A stretch of DNA of 63,075 nucleotides, the filler included, from Rhabdomonas costata (taxonomy: Eukaryota): assembly GCA_019059605.1 (NCBI GenBank). It is 50 parts of 50 records of this genome, joined end to end, with 100 filler letters (N's around TTAATTAATTAA, not from the genome) between each part and the next. Parts side by side here need not be neighbours in the genome. Positions count along the whole stretch, not along the records: positions 46,760 to 47,922 come from JAHMHO010025525.1; positions 48,023 to 49,184 come from JAHMHO010025526.1; positions 49,285 to 50,447 come from JAHMHO010025527.1; positions 50,548 to 51,710 come from JAHMHO010025528.1; positions 51,811 to 52,973 come from JAHMHO010025529.1; positions 53,074 to 54,236 come from JAHMHO010025530.1; positions 54,337 to 55,499 come from JAHMHO010025531.1; positions 55,600 to 56,762 come from JAHMHO010025532.1; 42 more parts are not named here. One strand, 5' to 3'. The notes under the pieces are model-generated. The model had not been told where the DNA came from and made no database searches. It worked only from the letters and a program-made list of their open reading frames with translations. Each line of letters opens with the position of its first letter. The stretch's first letter is position 1. Below are positions 47,010 to 59,950 of this stretch, in pieces. Position numbers and translations under genes: made by a program.

Positions 47010-47922
47010 CGGACATGGGGTCAGGCACGGCGAGCAGGTCATAGTGGTCCAGCAGCCCGAGATACGGCGAGGGATCCCGCAGCACCTCGATGTCCGTATC
47101 CAGTACCAACGTGCGGTTCCATGGTGACAGCCCTAGGAACTCCGCCTTGGTGCCCAGGTGCGGCACCACTGCGGGCCGCGGCACGGTCACCACCACAGAG
47201 AACAGCCCTGGCCTCGGCCGAGAAAGGGGCGCAACGGAGCACAAGCACGAACCCGCCACCCGTGCACGACACAAGGTGCATGTGAGGGAGTACTGTGACG
47301 GTATTTTGTCTGACAGAAGCTCAGCACCAGTGCCGTCCGGTGGTTACAGAGGCTCCCGCGTTACAGCGGGAACACGGGATTAATTAAAGGCGAGGGTGAG
47401 GGAAGGACGCAATGAGTTGCCGCCTTTGAAAGAGCTGCCATATGTCTCAGCCTGCCTACAGCACCACACAGATGGTGGCGGTGATCCTTCGGCGACTTAT
47501 TCAAACCCCGATATCGGCTCTCCAATGCTTTTTCTAAGCAAGCCATCCTTCACGGCTTGCATTACCTCCACCAGAAACAATTTCTTGCCTTTTCCTCTCA
47601 TTTTCCCGGCTTTTCCCTTCGCCCGCAAACAGAAAAAGGCAGGGAAAACATTCTACCAACCACTTCTACTCACAAATGCCCACTGCCACTCACTCACCAG
47701 TGGCTTCCTCAGGAAGGGGCGAGAGGTCCGTGATTAGGGCGATGGGCAGCCCCGGCGCCACAGAGCGCAGCATCCGGGCCGTCATGAACTGACGCATAAA
47801 CCGCAGCTTGGGCTGCTCGCCCAGCCGCACCCTCCGGGCCACCGCAGGGCCCTTCAGAGGGGCATGGTAGAAGAAGCTCAGCCACACCAGCGCCACCCCA
47901 CAGCTCACCTCAACCACCACAC
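47010..47922 (-). CDS. GT-A fold glycosyltransferase (GT8-like, DxD motif); exons >47922-47698 and 47207-47010
   Basis: ARMLRSVAPGLPIALITD...|GLFSVVVTV...TKAEFLGLSPWNRTLVLDTDIEVLRDPSPYLGLLDHYDLLAVPDP; in-frame phase-1 GT-AG intron; hydrophobic N-terminal segment. Confidence 0.85.
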
Positions 47923-50437
47923 NNNNNNNNNNNNNNNNNNNNNNNNNNNNNNNNNNNNNNNNNNNNTTAATTAATTAANNNNNNNNNNNNNNNNNNNNNN
48001 NNNNNNNNNNNNNNNNNNNNNNTTTTGGGGGGAACAGGTTTATGCCCGAGGCGCTGTTCACGAAGGATGAAGCTGGCGTGGAGGAAGAAGAGGAGGGGGA
48101 GGTTGCCCCGGTGCTGGGGGCATGCTGTTACTTCTAAATCTCTTCTACAAACTCGCCTCAACTCGACTCAGCTCAACTCTATTCCCCAATCGAGCAGCGA
48201 AGAAGGAAACGGGGGCTCAGAATAATGTCTACATGTCTGCTGCTGAGAAGCCGAGGGCGCTAGCACAGAACACAGTTTCCTTCACACTTCGCAGCGCTCC
48301 AAGTTTGATTTGCGCTGTAAGGGAATTATATCATGGACAGCTACGGAAAGACGGTTATGTATGTGCCGCATTCCGGGGTTGGGTGGACTTCATGTTTCGC
48401 GCCGATGAACTGCAGAAGCACCACAGGGGGGTGATATAGGTCCCTTCAATGATAGTTTGGTATCCCACCCTTGAAACATTAGCAAGTAGGAAAATAAGGG
48501 CCATTTGATCGCATGTCATTTTTCTGATACGCTCAATAGATCGTGCACCCCCTTTTCGTCCACTTTTATATCAGAAATTTGGTATGCATATCATCTTTCC
48601 ACGTGTCCACAAAAAAAGCACGACCTGCAAAAAACAACAAAGCGACGAATGAACGAGACTGAGTGGGGGCACCCCCATTCACTCACAAGCGTAATGTAAA
48701 AAGTCCGAGGCCGCAGTTCCGCGAGGCTCCAAGGCCGCCAGCGACTATCCAGGCAAATGCCCTCCTGCCAAAGACACAACCGCTCACTCCAGCACCACCT
48801 TGGCCGAGGCAATCGTCCACTCATCAAAGAAGTCCACAGTTTTCCCCTGCCCTGCCACGGCGACAACCTGAGCGGGGTGGATCAGCATAAAACCGGACAG
48901 GCACCAAAAATTTCCCCAAGCTGTCATTTCAGCACTCATACTCATACCAACCACTACTTCCTGCACAAGAAAACCACTTGGAACGTCCTCCAATCCAACC
49001 AATGAAGGATATCTTTGAAATATGGCGGCACATCCCCTTTTAGCACGAATGCCCGCAGTGTGAAGGAGCGAGTGCGAGAGTAGAGAGATTGACACACGCA
49101 CCTTGGGGGTGTCCGGCTTCAGCGCCGAGGCCGTTGCCAGCGCAAACACGGAGGGGCACGAGCACGCCGCACGGCACCACACAANNNNNNNNNNNNNNNN
49201 NNNNNNNNNNNNNNNNNNNNNNNNNNNNTTAATTAATTAANNNNNNNNNNNNNNNNNNNNNNNNNNNNNNNNNNNNNNNNNNNNGTGTTGGTGGTCCCAT
49301 CAGGAATTAGCTTTCCTGCGCCACATACCACTGGAAGATCGCTTCCTGGAAATACAACGGCGAAGGAAAGCTAATTCCTGATGGGGCCACCGCACATAAC
49401 CAGAAAATGACTTCTAAAGAGGTCCATGGTTTGCAGCAATAGGAGAACACCACCCTCTATTCGATGAGCCTCATATGTCCCACTAACAACAGGCAGCCAC
49501 AGTTGTCAAGGGCGTCGCTCTAAAAACTACCTTACGATGACAGCATTTTGATAACCACGCGCCAGAATCGACATTCGCAATTCTGAATAGGACTACACGA
49601 AAACCTGAGATCTTGATATATCTTATCAATCCTCAACGATCTCTATCGAGGGGAAAACATCGCTATCCAAGCACTTCGGCATGTGGATGCCGAGTTAGAC
49701 GTGTTCAAATCTCTCCCCGCATCTACTTTGCAATTCGGGGGGGCGGGGAGTTAAGATAAGATAATATACATCGGAGCCATCCGACATTCTAAATTAAAAA
49801 ATATTGGGCAGGACAGAGCGCAGCTGAGAGACATCTCAACGAAAAGCCAAAGCCAATAACTCAAAAGCTTTGTTCGCGGGGTGCGTTGGACTGGTTGGGA
49901 CGCAGCTGCAGAAGCATCGGAAGGAAGGAAAGCGACTCTCCCAATGAGAGAAAGAAAGCTGTAAAACTTATTAACAGCAAATGAATCTGTTTGAATGATG
50001 TATGTACAACCCCGTGAGTTTGTGCCAGGCGATGGAAACAGTCGCCTGTCCAAACAAAAAGGGGACCTCTATCACGAAAACAGAGAACTAAACAGACCGC
50101 TTGTTAGGAGCACCCCCACACACACAAACAGAACTTCACAGGCAATGCACCCAATGTCAGCCACACATTAAGGCCGAGAGAGTCCGAGAGGAGCTCTGGA
50201 GGGATTGGGGGACGATCAGCCTTAGGAACCGTCCCTTGGCCGTTCCGGGCTGAGCAAACTGCGCGCAAGAACCAAAGAAGCTTGTGTGCACGTACACACC
50301 ATGTAGCCCAGTTTTGTAGGAAGCAGTCTGCAACAGTTCTTCGGGATAAAAAGAATGCTTTCATTTCTTATGCAAATTATAAATCTGCAGGTGTCAGCAA
50401 CCCCACCAGCCGCACCAACCCACCACCCAAACACACC

Positions 50438-50447
50438 AGATCGGAAG
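50438..50447 (+). other. Illumina adapter read-through
   Basis: The contig ends in AGATCGGAAG, the start of the TruSeq adapter, immediately after a C/A low-complexity tail. Confidence 0.9.
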
Positions 50448-51929
50448 NNNNNNNNNNNNNNNNNNNNNNNNNNNNNNNNNNNNNNNNNNNNTTAATTAAT
50501 TAANNNNNNNNNNNNNNNNNNNNNNNNNNNNNNNNNNNNNNNNNNNNGGTTGGTGGGGTACTGGAGGGTTCTTGAGTACTCTTGGGGAATGTGGCACCCC
50601 CGTGCCAAGTGTCGCGGGTTCAACTCCTGACTCCGCAACTGGCCTCGAATCGGGGGGTAAGTATGTGGCACCCGTGCAATCATACGTAGGCGATACTCCG
50701 GCTAACCCCCTCCCCCTCTATTCCGCCTATCCACACGCCCTCACGAGGACTCCGGCTGTACCTCCCTTCCCCGATGTGGAGACCATTCTGGATTCTGGAT
50801 ACTGAACACAACCTCCTCGCCTCCGGGGCTTCCTGCTTCGCCTGCTATCCTGGCCATCGCCTGCGGCACTGTACGTTAATTACTTTACGTTGGTAAACGA
50901 TACCTCAATAAATTAGATTTGATTTCTGATTTCTCGTGTTTTTTTCCCCCCTTTTTTCCTCAGCCAGTGCCACCAGGAATGGTGCTGGTTGTGCGGGATG
51001 ACCCTCAGCGTCACTGCCACAGGGGAGGGCCAGAATGTCACCGAGCACTTTCAAGTTGGCCGCTGTGCAGGACTGCAATTTGTGTCTCAGGGCCGATACA
51101 GAGCGACCCAGATGATGAGATGGCTGCTGAGGCTGCTCTTCCTTCCTCCAGGGGTGCGCACTCAACACAGACTCTTTGTGTGCGTAACCTCAAGCTTACA
51201 ACTGGGGTCGTCACAAAGCATAAGCACGCCTGTTCCAATTCCACTGCAAACGCCGCTCTCTCCTCTTCCTTCCGCTCCCTCACCAGGTTGCCATCTACGC
51301 TGCGTTAGTGGTGCTGTGCCTGCCAGGGGCGCTGTGCTGCCGAGCGCTGTGGGAGCAGTTGCGGCACCCCCGGAGGCTGGTGCCTCTGCTCGGAGTTTGG
51401 GCCGTTGTGGTGCCCTTGTTTGCAGCTGTGGTGTTTGTGGTGTGGGCTGTGCTGTTGGGCCTGCTCGTTCCCGGGTGGTGCTTTATTCTGGTCTGCGAGC
51501 TCCGCAACCGCATCCGCTGCACTCAAGACTTCTCTGAGGTAGCTTGTGCCATTTCAATTCGTCCTGAACCCTCGCGACACCGGACACTTCAACCCCCCTT
51601 TGGACCGGGTGGATTTTACAATTGAAACGGTTGGTTGAACGACACTGCAGGGGGCAGATCAGCAACTTGCCTCGCGTTACACACGCTCATCAGTGTGGTC
51701 ACCCAACAAANNNNNNNNNNNNNNNNNNNNNNNNNNNNNNNNNNNNNNNNNNNNTTAATTAATTAANNNNNNNNNNNNNNNNNNNNNNNNNNNNNNNNNN
51801 NNNNNNNNNNAACATTCAAACTCGAACTGAAACATGGGTGATGTAACAAGGGTATCGTATACCCTCCTCCACCCTCCCTCCATTGCTTTTCTTGCACCAC
51901 AAAATTACACACAGGGAACCCGAGTCAAG

Positions 51930-52960
51930 ACGGATCAGGGTCAGGATGCCGAAATTCGGGCTCGGTGTTATGGTGTATGGGTCCGGACCCGGGGTTAGTA
52001 TGCCAGCGAAAATGAGGTTCGGGGTTAGGGTGCAAGGGTCGGGTATCGGGGTAAGGACAATAGGGTCGGGTCTCGGCGTTGGGGTGCCGAAATTGGGGTT
52101 CGGAGTATATGGTTCAGAGCTCGGGGTTAGGATATTGGGCTCGTGGCTCGGGGTAAGGATGTTAGGGCTGGGGCTCAGGGTGAGGGTGCCCTAGTTGAGG
52201 TTCGTTCAGGATGTTAGGGTTGGGGCTCGGGGTTTGGACATAGGCTGGTGCTCGGGGTTAAGGTTCACGGGTTTCGTGGTTAGGGTGCAAGGGTCCGAGC
52301 TCGGGGTTAGGAAGTTGGAGTTGGCGTTTGGGGTGAGGGTGTAAGGGTCGGGAAAGGGGTTGTAGTTGGTGGTCGAGGTTATTATTGGAAGTTGGGGCTC
52401 ATGGTTCGAATGTTAGCACTCAGGATTGGGGTGCCGAAATTGTGGGTTGTGGTAAGAATGCTAGGGTCGGGGCCTGGGGTTAGGTTGCCAGGGTTGAGAC
52501 TCGCCGTTAGGTTGTTAGGGTTGGGGCTCCGGGTTATGGTGGCAATATTGGGGCTCGAAAATTGGGGCTCGGAGTTACGGTGTATGTGTCCGGACCCGGG
52601 GTTAGTATGTCGGCGAAAATGAGGTTCGGGATTAGGGTGCAAGGTTTGGGTATCGGGGTAAGAATAATAGGGTCGGGTCTCGGCGTTGGGGTGCCGAAAT
52701 TGGGACCTGGGTTGGGGCTCGGGGTTTGGCAATTAGCTGGTGTTCGGGGTTAGGGCGCCGAAATTAGGGTAAGTACGTGGTAATCGGGGTAAGTACTTTT
52801 GGGTCGGGGCTCCTGGTAAGGATATCAGTTGGTGCTGGGGTAAAAGTGCCAAAACTGGGGCTCGGGGTCACGATGTTAAGTTTGGGGCTCGGGGTTAGCG
52901 TGTTGGCTTGTGCTCGGGACAAGTGCCGAAAGTCGGTTTCGGGGTTACGATACCCTTACC
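51930..52960 (+). repeat. Telomere-derived degenerate (TTAGGG-like) satellite with a higher-order duplication
   Basis: G/T-rich hexamer variants (GGGGTT, TTAGGG, CTCGGG, GGGTCG); a ~150-bp block at ~51950-52098 recurs ~607 nt downstream at ~52556-52704. Confidence 0.85.
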
Positions 52961-53337
52961 AGGAACCCCCCCCNNNNNNNNNNNNNNNNNNNNNNNNNNN
53001 NNNNNNNNNNNNNNNNNTTAATTAATTAANNNNNNNNNNNNNNNNNNNNNNNNNNNNNNNNNNNNNNNNNNNNTTTTGGGAAGGAAACTGCTGGAAATGT
53101 GGATCTTGCAGAGACTTTGATGTTTGCTAGAATGTGTAGCACTTCTAGCAAACATCAAAGTCTCTGCAAGATCCACATTTCCAGCAGTTTCCTTCCCAAA
53201 AGAGACCGTCCGCAGCCATCTAGAATCATGAATGGCAGTGCGATCACAGGAGCTAATATCAGCGCCTGCAACGGGAACAACACCAGAATCAGCGTCAGCC
53301 CTGGGGTTAGGGGGCGTTGTCCTTTTTTCTTCCAGCT

Positions 53338-53840
53338 ATGTTTTCTTTGTTTGACTTAGAGGCTTTGTGTGGGGATGAGATAAAGGTCAGAAAGTTTTTG
53401 GAGAGTTATGGTGTGTTAAGAGAGCCCGCCTGTGATTGTGGTGGTTCTTTGGGAGAGCTCTGTAAGAATGGTCCTACTACGTATCGGAGGCGCACCAGTT
53501 GTCGTCGCAGAAAGATAACAGCACCTTCAACAGTTTCGCTGACAACAGGCGGGCAAATTGCATCGTCATAATTAGTGTGAGCGAGGGCAATCCCGAAGCA
53601 GACACACGGTCTGCTCCATGTATACACTCCGGAAACACACACACGTACACACTCCGGAAACGATGCGAGGCCGTCCTGTCACCCTCAGGCCGGCACTCAC
53701 CCGTGCTCCATATTGCACATGGGCCTCCTGATGTCCATTGGTACATTTTACGTCTTTCGCTGCTGAACGGTGAGGAACGAAGGTAAGCTGGGGGCGGGGG
53801 GCGGGCTCGGCCATCGTAGAATGTGTGTCGTCTTTCTCGA
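53338..53840 (+). pseudogene. Decayed Merlin/IS1595-like transposase, N-terminal half
   Basis: Across frameshifts: KFLESYGVLREPACDCGG...TYRRRTSCRR (zinc-ribbon-like), then VHWYILRLSL, then KLG...GSAIVECVSSF about 160 codons from the ATG, where Merlin transposases have W.....R.....KIGG.G.IVEIDES.F. Confidence 0.5.
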
Positions 53841-55689
53841 CGCTGGCCAACACGGCGCTTGTCTTCGCTCCTACACCTGTCCACACTCGTCCCCAAGACA
53901 AGGCTCAAAGCTGGTTGTGGGCTTCCAAAGGAGGTACTTCAAATATTTGCTAAAAGCTTTTGTCAGCTTCTAAGATCTCAAGGGAAACCTGCGTCACTTT
54001 CTACGCATTCCCGCTCTCCCCTTTCACCACCGCTGGGCCAAACAAACCTAGTCGAACCTGTCATGCTTCAACCAGAATTACCGAAGTGAGTCTAGTTTCG
54101 TACCTGATCGTTTAATATTAGTATTGAATCGGTAACCCCTCCCCCTCAAATGCATCACACCGGTTTCAATAAACAACCCATATTGGTCCCCCACACAGTG
54201 TCACGAACGGCACCCCGCCTCCTCAGCGACTGTTCTNNNNNNNNNNNNNNNNNNNNNNNNNNNNNNNNNNNNNNNNNNNNTTAATTAATTAANNNNNNNN
54301 NNNNNNNNNNNNNNNNNNNNNNNNNNNNNNNNNNNNGGTGGTGGTTAAGACAATTAGCAAGCATACGAGCGTCGATAGTATTCAACCACAGTAAACTGAG
54401 CTAACGAGCGCATCGACTGAAGCGTTAAGGGGGGACCAATCAATACCAGTGGTCCATGTTCTTGTGTATAGGTGTTAGATGGTCACTCCTCTCTTTCCCC
54501 AAAAAAGTGCGGGTTTTTCTCCTTTCCTAGACATCCACATGGCTATTTAGTGCCTAGGAGATGATATCTTGATACAGAATAGAGCAAAAAAAGAAAACGT
54601 TTTGGACATTTTTTGTCTTTTTTCTCGCCGGGTGTTTGTAGGGCATAAATCACACCTTTCATAGGCTAGTAAGTGGCATAGCCGTCAAAAACCCTAGTTG
54701 TATCAGGTCAGTATGCAAGTTTAGCAGGATGGTAGTGAATGAGCGTTTTACACAAATGAGACCGGGATTTTTTGGAGAAAGGTAACATGAGTGCCCATGA
54801 AAGTGAAAATTTGGTGTTCTTTTACCATGGGTGGATTTTCTGACCCCGGGGGTTTTCAAGTGGGTGTATGTGTTCCGTTTTTTGCATTCTGTAGTTTCTT
54901 GTATTCGGGTACTGTGTATCAGATAGGGTTGTGTATAGGGAGCTGGAAATTCTGCCTTGTTATTTAGGAATTCCGATTTCGGGTTCTAGGTTTGGCTTTC
55001 TGGGACACTACGAAAGTCCTTCATCTCATCCACTGCCACCAACCAATGGAGGAAATTAGCTGCGTTCCCGTAGTATTTGAGAAAATTGGGATCCTTTTAC
55101 TGCAGTTTACGAAGCGCTCCACTCACTAACTCAGACTGATTCGGCACAACTGTCACGTGTACTGCTGCTCTTCCGGCTCATGGGCCCTCTTCTCCACTTG
55201 GAAGTCCACCCGTTACTCTTAATCTCTGAACCAGACTGTACGTCAACTGCTGTGTTGCCCTCTGTCAAAACAGCGACCCTGAGTGAATCAGGAAAGATTT
55301 AAATGTCTACTCTATGCTTTGCTCCGTGGTTTCGCCTTCTCCTTACATCACTGCTGCTCAATCAATCAATACTACACAGCTCACCACCCAATCAAGCTCG
55401 AATCAATCACACAGTGGTGATATGAAAGATGATTTTTGCTCTGACCTATGATTCGGGTCAGGGACACAACACACACTCTGTAATACAGGTCCAACCACAN
55501 NNNNNNNNNNNNNNNNNNNNNNNNNNNNNNNNNNNNNNNNNNNTTAATTAATTAANNNNNNNNNNNNNNNNNNNNNNNNNNNNNNNNNNNNNNNNNNNNG
55601 GTTGGGTTGGACGGGAGGCGTCAGGTCCTCCCTAAAAGGCCTTATACCAGTGGGCTCTGCAGATCGAAAAAAAATGATTACACTCAGTA

Positions 55690-56762
55690 ATGTGCGAGGG
55701 CCACGCTTCTGGCACCCCCTACACGACTTGTTGAGGGGCATGAACAGGCCGCAGCACAGCCATCGCGAGTACGCAGACAAGAAGGACTCAGGGATCACCC
55801 ATCACCATCTGAACTGGAGAGGTGGATGGTCTCAATGCGGTTAAGCAGGGCCTGACTGCTCGCGTATGACAACTTGCATGCTCGGTTCGGGCAGCAGTGT
55901 CGCAGCCATGCGGTAACCTGTCGGGGGACACTCTGCTGGACAGTGACTGGCGAAGGCGCAGGTGGCGGGACCGGGCAGCTGCTTCAAGGTGTCCATGAGC
56001 CGAGTCTTGCTGGCCTGGTTGTCGGGGAGCACAATGGGTCTTCCTGGAGTTTGCGTCCCAGCCCCTTCGTGAACCCTATGGCTCCAGCCAGGTAACGGCT
56101 GCAATGGCTGAGCAAGCCCTACTCTTCGGTGACGCTGATCAAGCTGCTGGGGTGTTGGATGACTCGCCACCTGCGCCTGCGCCAGTCACTGTCCCTCCGC
56201 ACCCGGACAGCCCTCCCCTCTCAGAGCAGCTTCTCGTTCCACTGGATGTAATTTCGCAACAGATATACTCCTCGCCCTCCGGCAGGCACAATCCATCACA
56301 TACCTCCAGCGTGCCGGAAGCCCCTGGGCGCTGCGACGCCTGCATGAAAAGCGATGCCCAGTCCGCGTGGCTTGTCGCTCTCCTACCGAGGATGGTGCTT
56401 TTCCCTCTTGTCCGGGGGGGGCGTAAGCACAACCGTCAAGCAAGCGGAGTCATTCTTGACCGGCTTCAACGTTGGAGTGCTGGCGCTTTTCGGGAGTTGG
56501 CCGCCCAGGCGATTCAGGCATGGCGGTGGGACGCGGAAGCCGAAGTCCAAGACGCCTCCACAACCTCCCGGCGACCAACCGTGCGGTCATTACTGCGGTT
56601 TCGGAGGGGAGCCTGTCCAAAGCTTTGTGCGGCAGCTGGCGCGGAAGCGGGCCCCCCAACCCGGGGAAGGGTTTCGGGAGGTGTCTGAGGAGGAGGTGGC
56701 TGTGGCCCATGCACTGGCGCAAGCTGTCGCGGCAGTTGGCGCGGGCCAGGACAACCCCCCCC
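55690..56762 (+). mobile_element. Degenerate non-LTR retrotransposon fragment, CRE/SLACS-like region upstream of the RT
   Basis: AWLVALLPRMVLFPLVRGGRKHNRQASGVILDRLQRWSAG and, after a frameshift, RAVITAVSEGSLSKAL resemble the W...LLP...L....RGG...RL..W..G and A..G..SKA motifs ahead of the RT in CRE-clade elements. Stops and frameshifts are present; no RT core in the contig. Confidence 0.55.
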
Positions 56763-57333
56763 NNNNNNNNNNNNNNNNNNNNNNNNNNNNNNNNNNNNNN
56801 NNNNNNTTAATTAATTAANNNNNNNNNNNNNNNNNNNNNNNNNNNNNNNNNNNNNNNNNNNNGGTGGGGCCAACCTGCGTTTGGGATTTTCCAAGAATAT
56901 TGTTGAACCTTACAATTCTAACGTGCATCGCCCTACGCGTGCGCCGCCAACCTCATTCCCGCCACAGTGAGCAAGAACGGAGCTTAGCACCAAGCGTATT
57001 CGGATCCTGCTGGAACTGTGGGCAACCCAAACGCAGTTTGGCCCCACGTCACCTGTAACCTGAGTTCAAACTCCACTTTCCCAGACACAGTGACGCCTTG
57101 AGACTGCCCATTATCTGCCCATTTCTCCACAGAAAATTGGTTCTCCTTGTTTGGACCCCCTCCCTCCAGAGTCCGAAATCGGATCTTGCACAAAAATGTG
57201 TGAAAAGTTCATAACATCCCATTCAGAGACCGGCCAGGGGTGAAACGACCGGTGGCGGTTGGCCGTCGGGGTGGTACACCCGCAAGCTGCTCCTGTTAGC
57301 TGTTTTGTCAGTTGAATTGCGATGTTGTTTCAG

Positions 57334-57846
57334 GACAATGACGGAAAAATTACCACACGAGAACTGGGCACGGTCATCCGAAGTCTGGGACAGAACCCAA
57401 CCGAATCTGAGATTCAGACCATGATCAGGGAGGTGTGCCTCATTTGCTTTTGGAGCCTTCGGTCGCTACGCTCTGAAAATTTTTCATCGTCTCCATGTTG
57501 GTTTTTGTTCGCTTTGAAGGTTGATGCGGACAACAACGGCTCCATCGAATTTCCAGGTTTTCAGCGTTATAGCGTTTAGTTTTATGAACTAAATGGTTCG
57601 GTTTTGAAGCTCTCTGTTTTGGTTTTCTTTTTGCATTCCTGCGGTTGCTATTAGCTGGTTGTTTCCCTTTCTGTCCTGGTATTTCTTTTCTCTTTTTTTT
57701 TTTAGAGTTCATCACTCTGATGTCACGGAAGATGCATGACACTGAGGACACAGAGGAAGAGATCAAGGCTGCTTTTGACTTTTTTGACGAAGACCACGAC
57801 CAATGCGTTTCCGCTGCGGAACTTCGCCGCGTGATGAACAACCTGG
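57334..57846 (+). CDS. Calmodulin-like EF-hand protein; exons 57334-57432, 57520-57556, 57706-57846
   Basis: Spliced translation [97 protein letters not shown] introns keep the frame. Confidence 0.95.
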
Positions 57847-57952
57847 GTGCGTAACGTCGGGCTGTCGTCCGTTGTTGCTTCATCTTGAGCCCATGAGAGA
57901 AGATTTCAACATTTTTCTTCGGAAACACGGCACTCGTGCCTGCAGAAGTCTC

Positions 57953-57995
57953 AAACCCTAACCCTAACCCCAACCCTAACTCTTACCTTAACCCC
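57953..57995 (-). repeat. Interstitial telomere-like (CCCTAA)n tract inside an intron
   Basis: AAACCCTAACCCTAACCCCAACCCTAACTCTTACCTTAACCCC lies downstream of the donor at 57847. Confidence 0.75.
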
Positions 57996-59950
57996 AAGGA
58001 CAGAATATTCAACCCCAACCCCCNNNNNNNNNNNNNNNNNNNNNNNNNNNNNNNNNNNNNNNNNNNNTTAATTAATTAANNNNNNNNNNNNNNNNNNNNN
58101 NNNNNNNNNNNNNNNNNNNNNNNGGGTGTTTTTAAAGAAAGGTGACTGCTTCGAAAGTGGAAAATTGACTTCATGGAAGGATGTTGTTTGCAATATATTC
58201 GGACCACCTTTTGGTCGGAGTTGCCATTTTGCTGACTTGAGTTTTGGCAGCTGAAGGGAGAGATTGGGGAGAGGCGGAGAGGCTGAGACGAAGGTTTTGG
58301 TTTTGATTTCCTTTGTTCGTTCTTATTTTTGTGCTGTGCGTTAATTATCAGGTTGCGCTGGAGAAGATCTGGGGCGAAAGAGCCGGTTTGTCACAGCCTC
58401 ATTGAAGGCCCCCGTAAATAAGCAGATCCATGGGCCGCAAGCCCGCAGAAGTCAAGTTCACATGTTCCCCTTCATTGCTTTTTGCCAAGTCAAAGAAATA
58501 TATTGGCGCTCCGCCCATTTCATAACGCAAGCAAGCACACGAGGGGGGACAAAAAGACCTTGCGCGCTTTCCCCCGTGCCACCACAAGACAGAATCCATC
58601 AATCACGACCGCTGGATACCTCATGTTCCATCGCGCGCCGGTATTCGGACGGAAGTCGACGCCGTACAGCTCCTAAGAAAGCCACGCCGGTGCAGCGCCC
58701 ATTTTGCAAAAGCATAATCTGGATACCCAACGGAACCAGCGGCAGATGCCTTGATACACGTCAGCGGTGAAGTTGAAAGTCCGGCGGTGAAACTTAGGCA
58801 ACGGGGCCTTTAATGAAAATTGGTTGCGTGGTTTGCCCTGACGCGCTGGTCGGTGTTGTAGTGTGTGTGTGTGTGTGGTCCCGAGCCGACAAAGCCAGCG
58901 CCATTGTTGCAGGCCGCCGGCGGAAGCCGGTTTCTTCAGGTCTTTGGGGTCCCGCGCTCCACACCCTCCCAGCCAACACCCGCAGCGAGCGCCCCAGGAG
59001 CCCGTCCAGACAGCGGCAGCAGCAGCAGCAGCAGCCCCCAGCCCGCCGCCGCCGCCGCCGCGGTCCCTTCAGCCCAGCCCGAACCACAGAGACCTGAAGA
59101 ACCACCCATGCAGGTGGATTTGGATACGGAAGCTGACAAGGAAGCTCCCGTTATGGAGGTGGACCGTGCCCCCGAACGTCCCCTCCTTTGCGGGAAGCGC
59201 GCACGTGAGGAAGAGCGGAGGCCCGACAGCGCCCCCATGGCCCTCGATCCCATCGAGGCCCCGCTTGTTCCTTACCTGCCCACCCANNNNNNNNNNNNNN
59301 NNNNNNNNNNNNNNNNNNNNNNNNNNNNNNTTAATTAATTAANNNNNNNNNNNNNNNNNNNNNNNNNNNNNNNNNNNNNNNNNNNNGGGGCGCTTAGAAT
59401 TGTTTTTCATATACCGCCCTATAATAATACTTACCGCTTGAACCTGCCCCAAGCATTTGCCCCAATTTTGGCGACTACTTGGCCCGGTATTGGCCCAGGT
59501 CAATTGTAAGGGCAGGTATGACATGATTGATCTTTCATGAAATCCTGATAGTGAGCTGGACGGGGCTCCAAAGCAGAGCTTGAAGTCAACCACCAGAGCA
59601 CAATAGGTGTGCGTGTGCCCCGGAGGCATCGCCAGTAGTTCGGGAAGTGTGTGCGTCGCACGTACGTACTTACCGTATGCCCAGCACTGGCTGAAGCGCC
59701 GCAAGGGGTGAATGGGTTGACTGCAGGATTCCAGGTCTCTCATCCTCTGGGAGGGGTCCGGCGGTCAATTGGAAGAAAGGCGTTGGGGTCTTCTAATGAA
59801 GAAAATGCCTCGTGCATACTGTGTGTGGATGTTTGTATGTTGCGCATAGAACTTTTTTTCTGTGTTCGAGACAGAGGGCGAACGCGAGGAACTTTGAACG
59901 TATTGCGAGGAAGGCGCTGTTGCTGTGAATTCCCGCCCTCTCCACTGCAG

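Noticed and set aside
51883-53025. Gly/Val/Leu-rich ORFs as repetitive proteins
   Set aside because: By-products of a G/T-rich hexamer satellite; frames break irregularly.
53074-53201. 59-bp perfect hairpin as a transposon TIR or hairpin telomere
   Set aside because: Flush with the contig start, like four other fold-backs in the window; most simply a chimeric read end.
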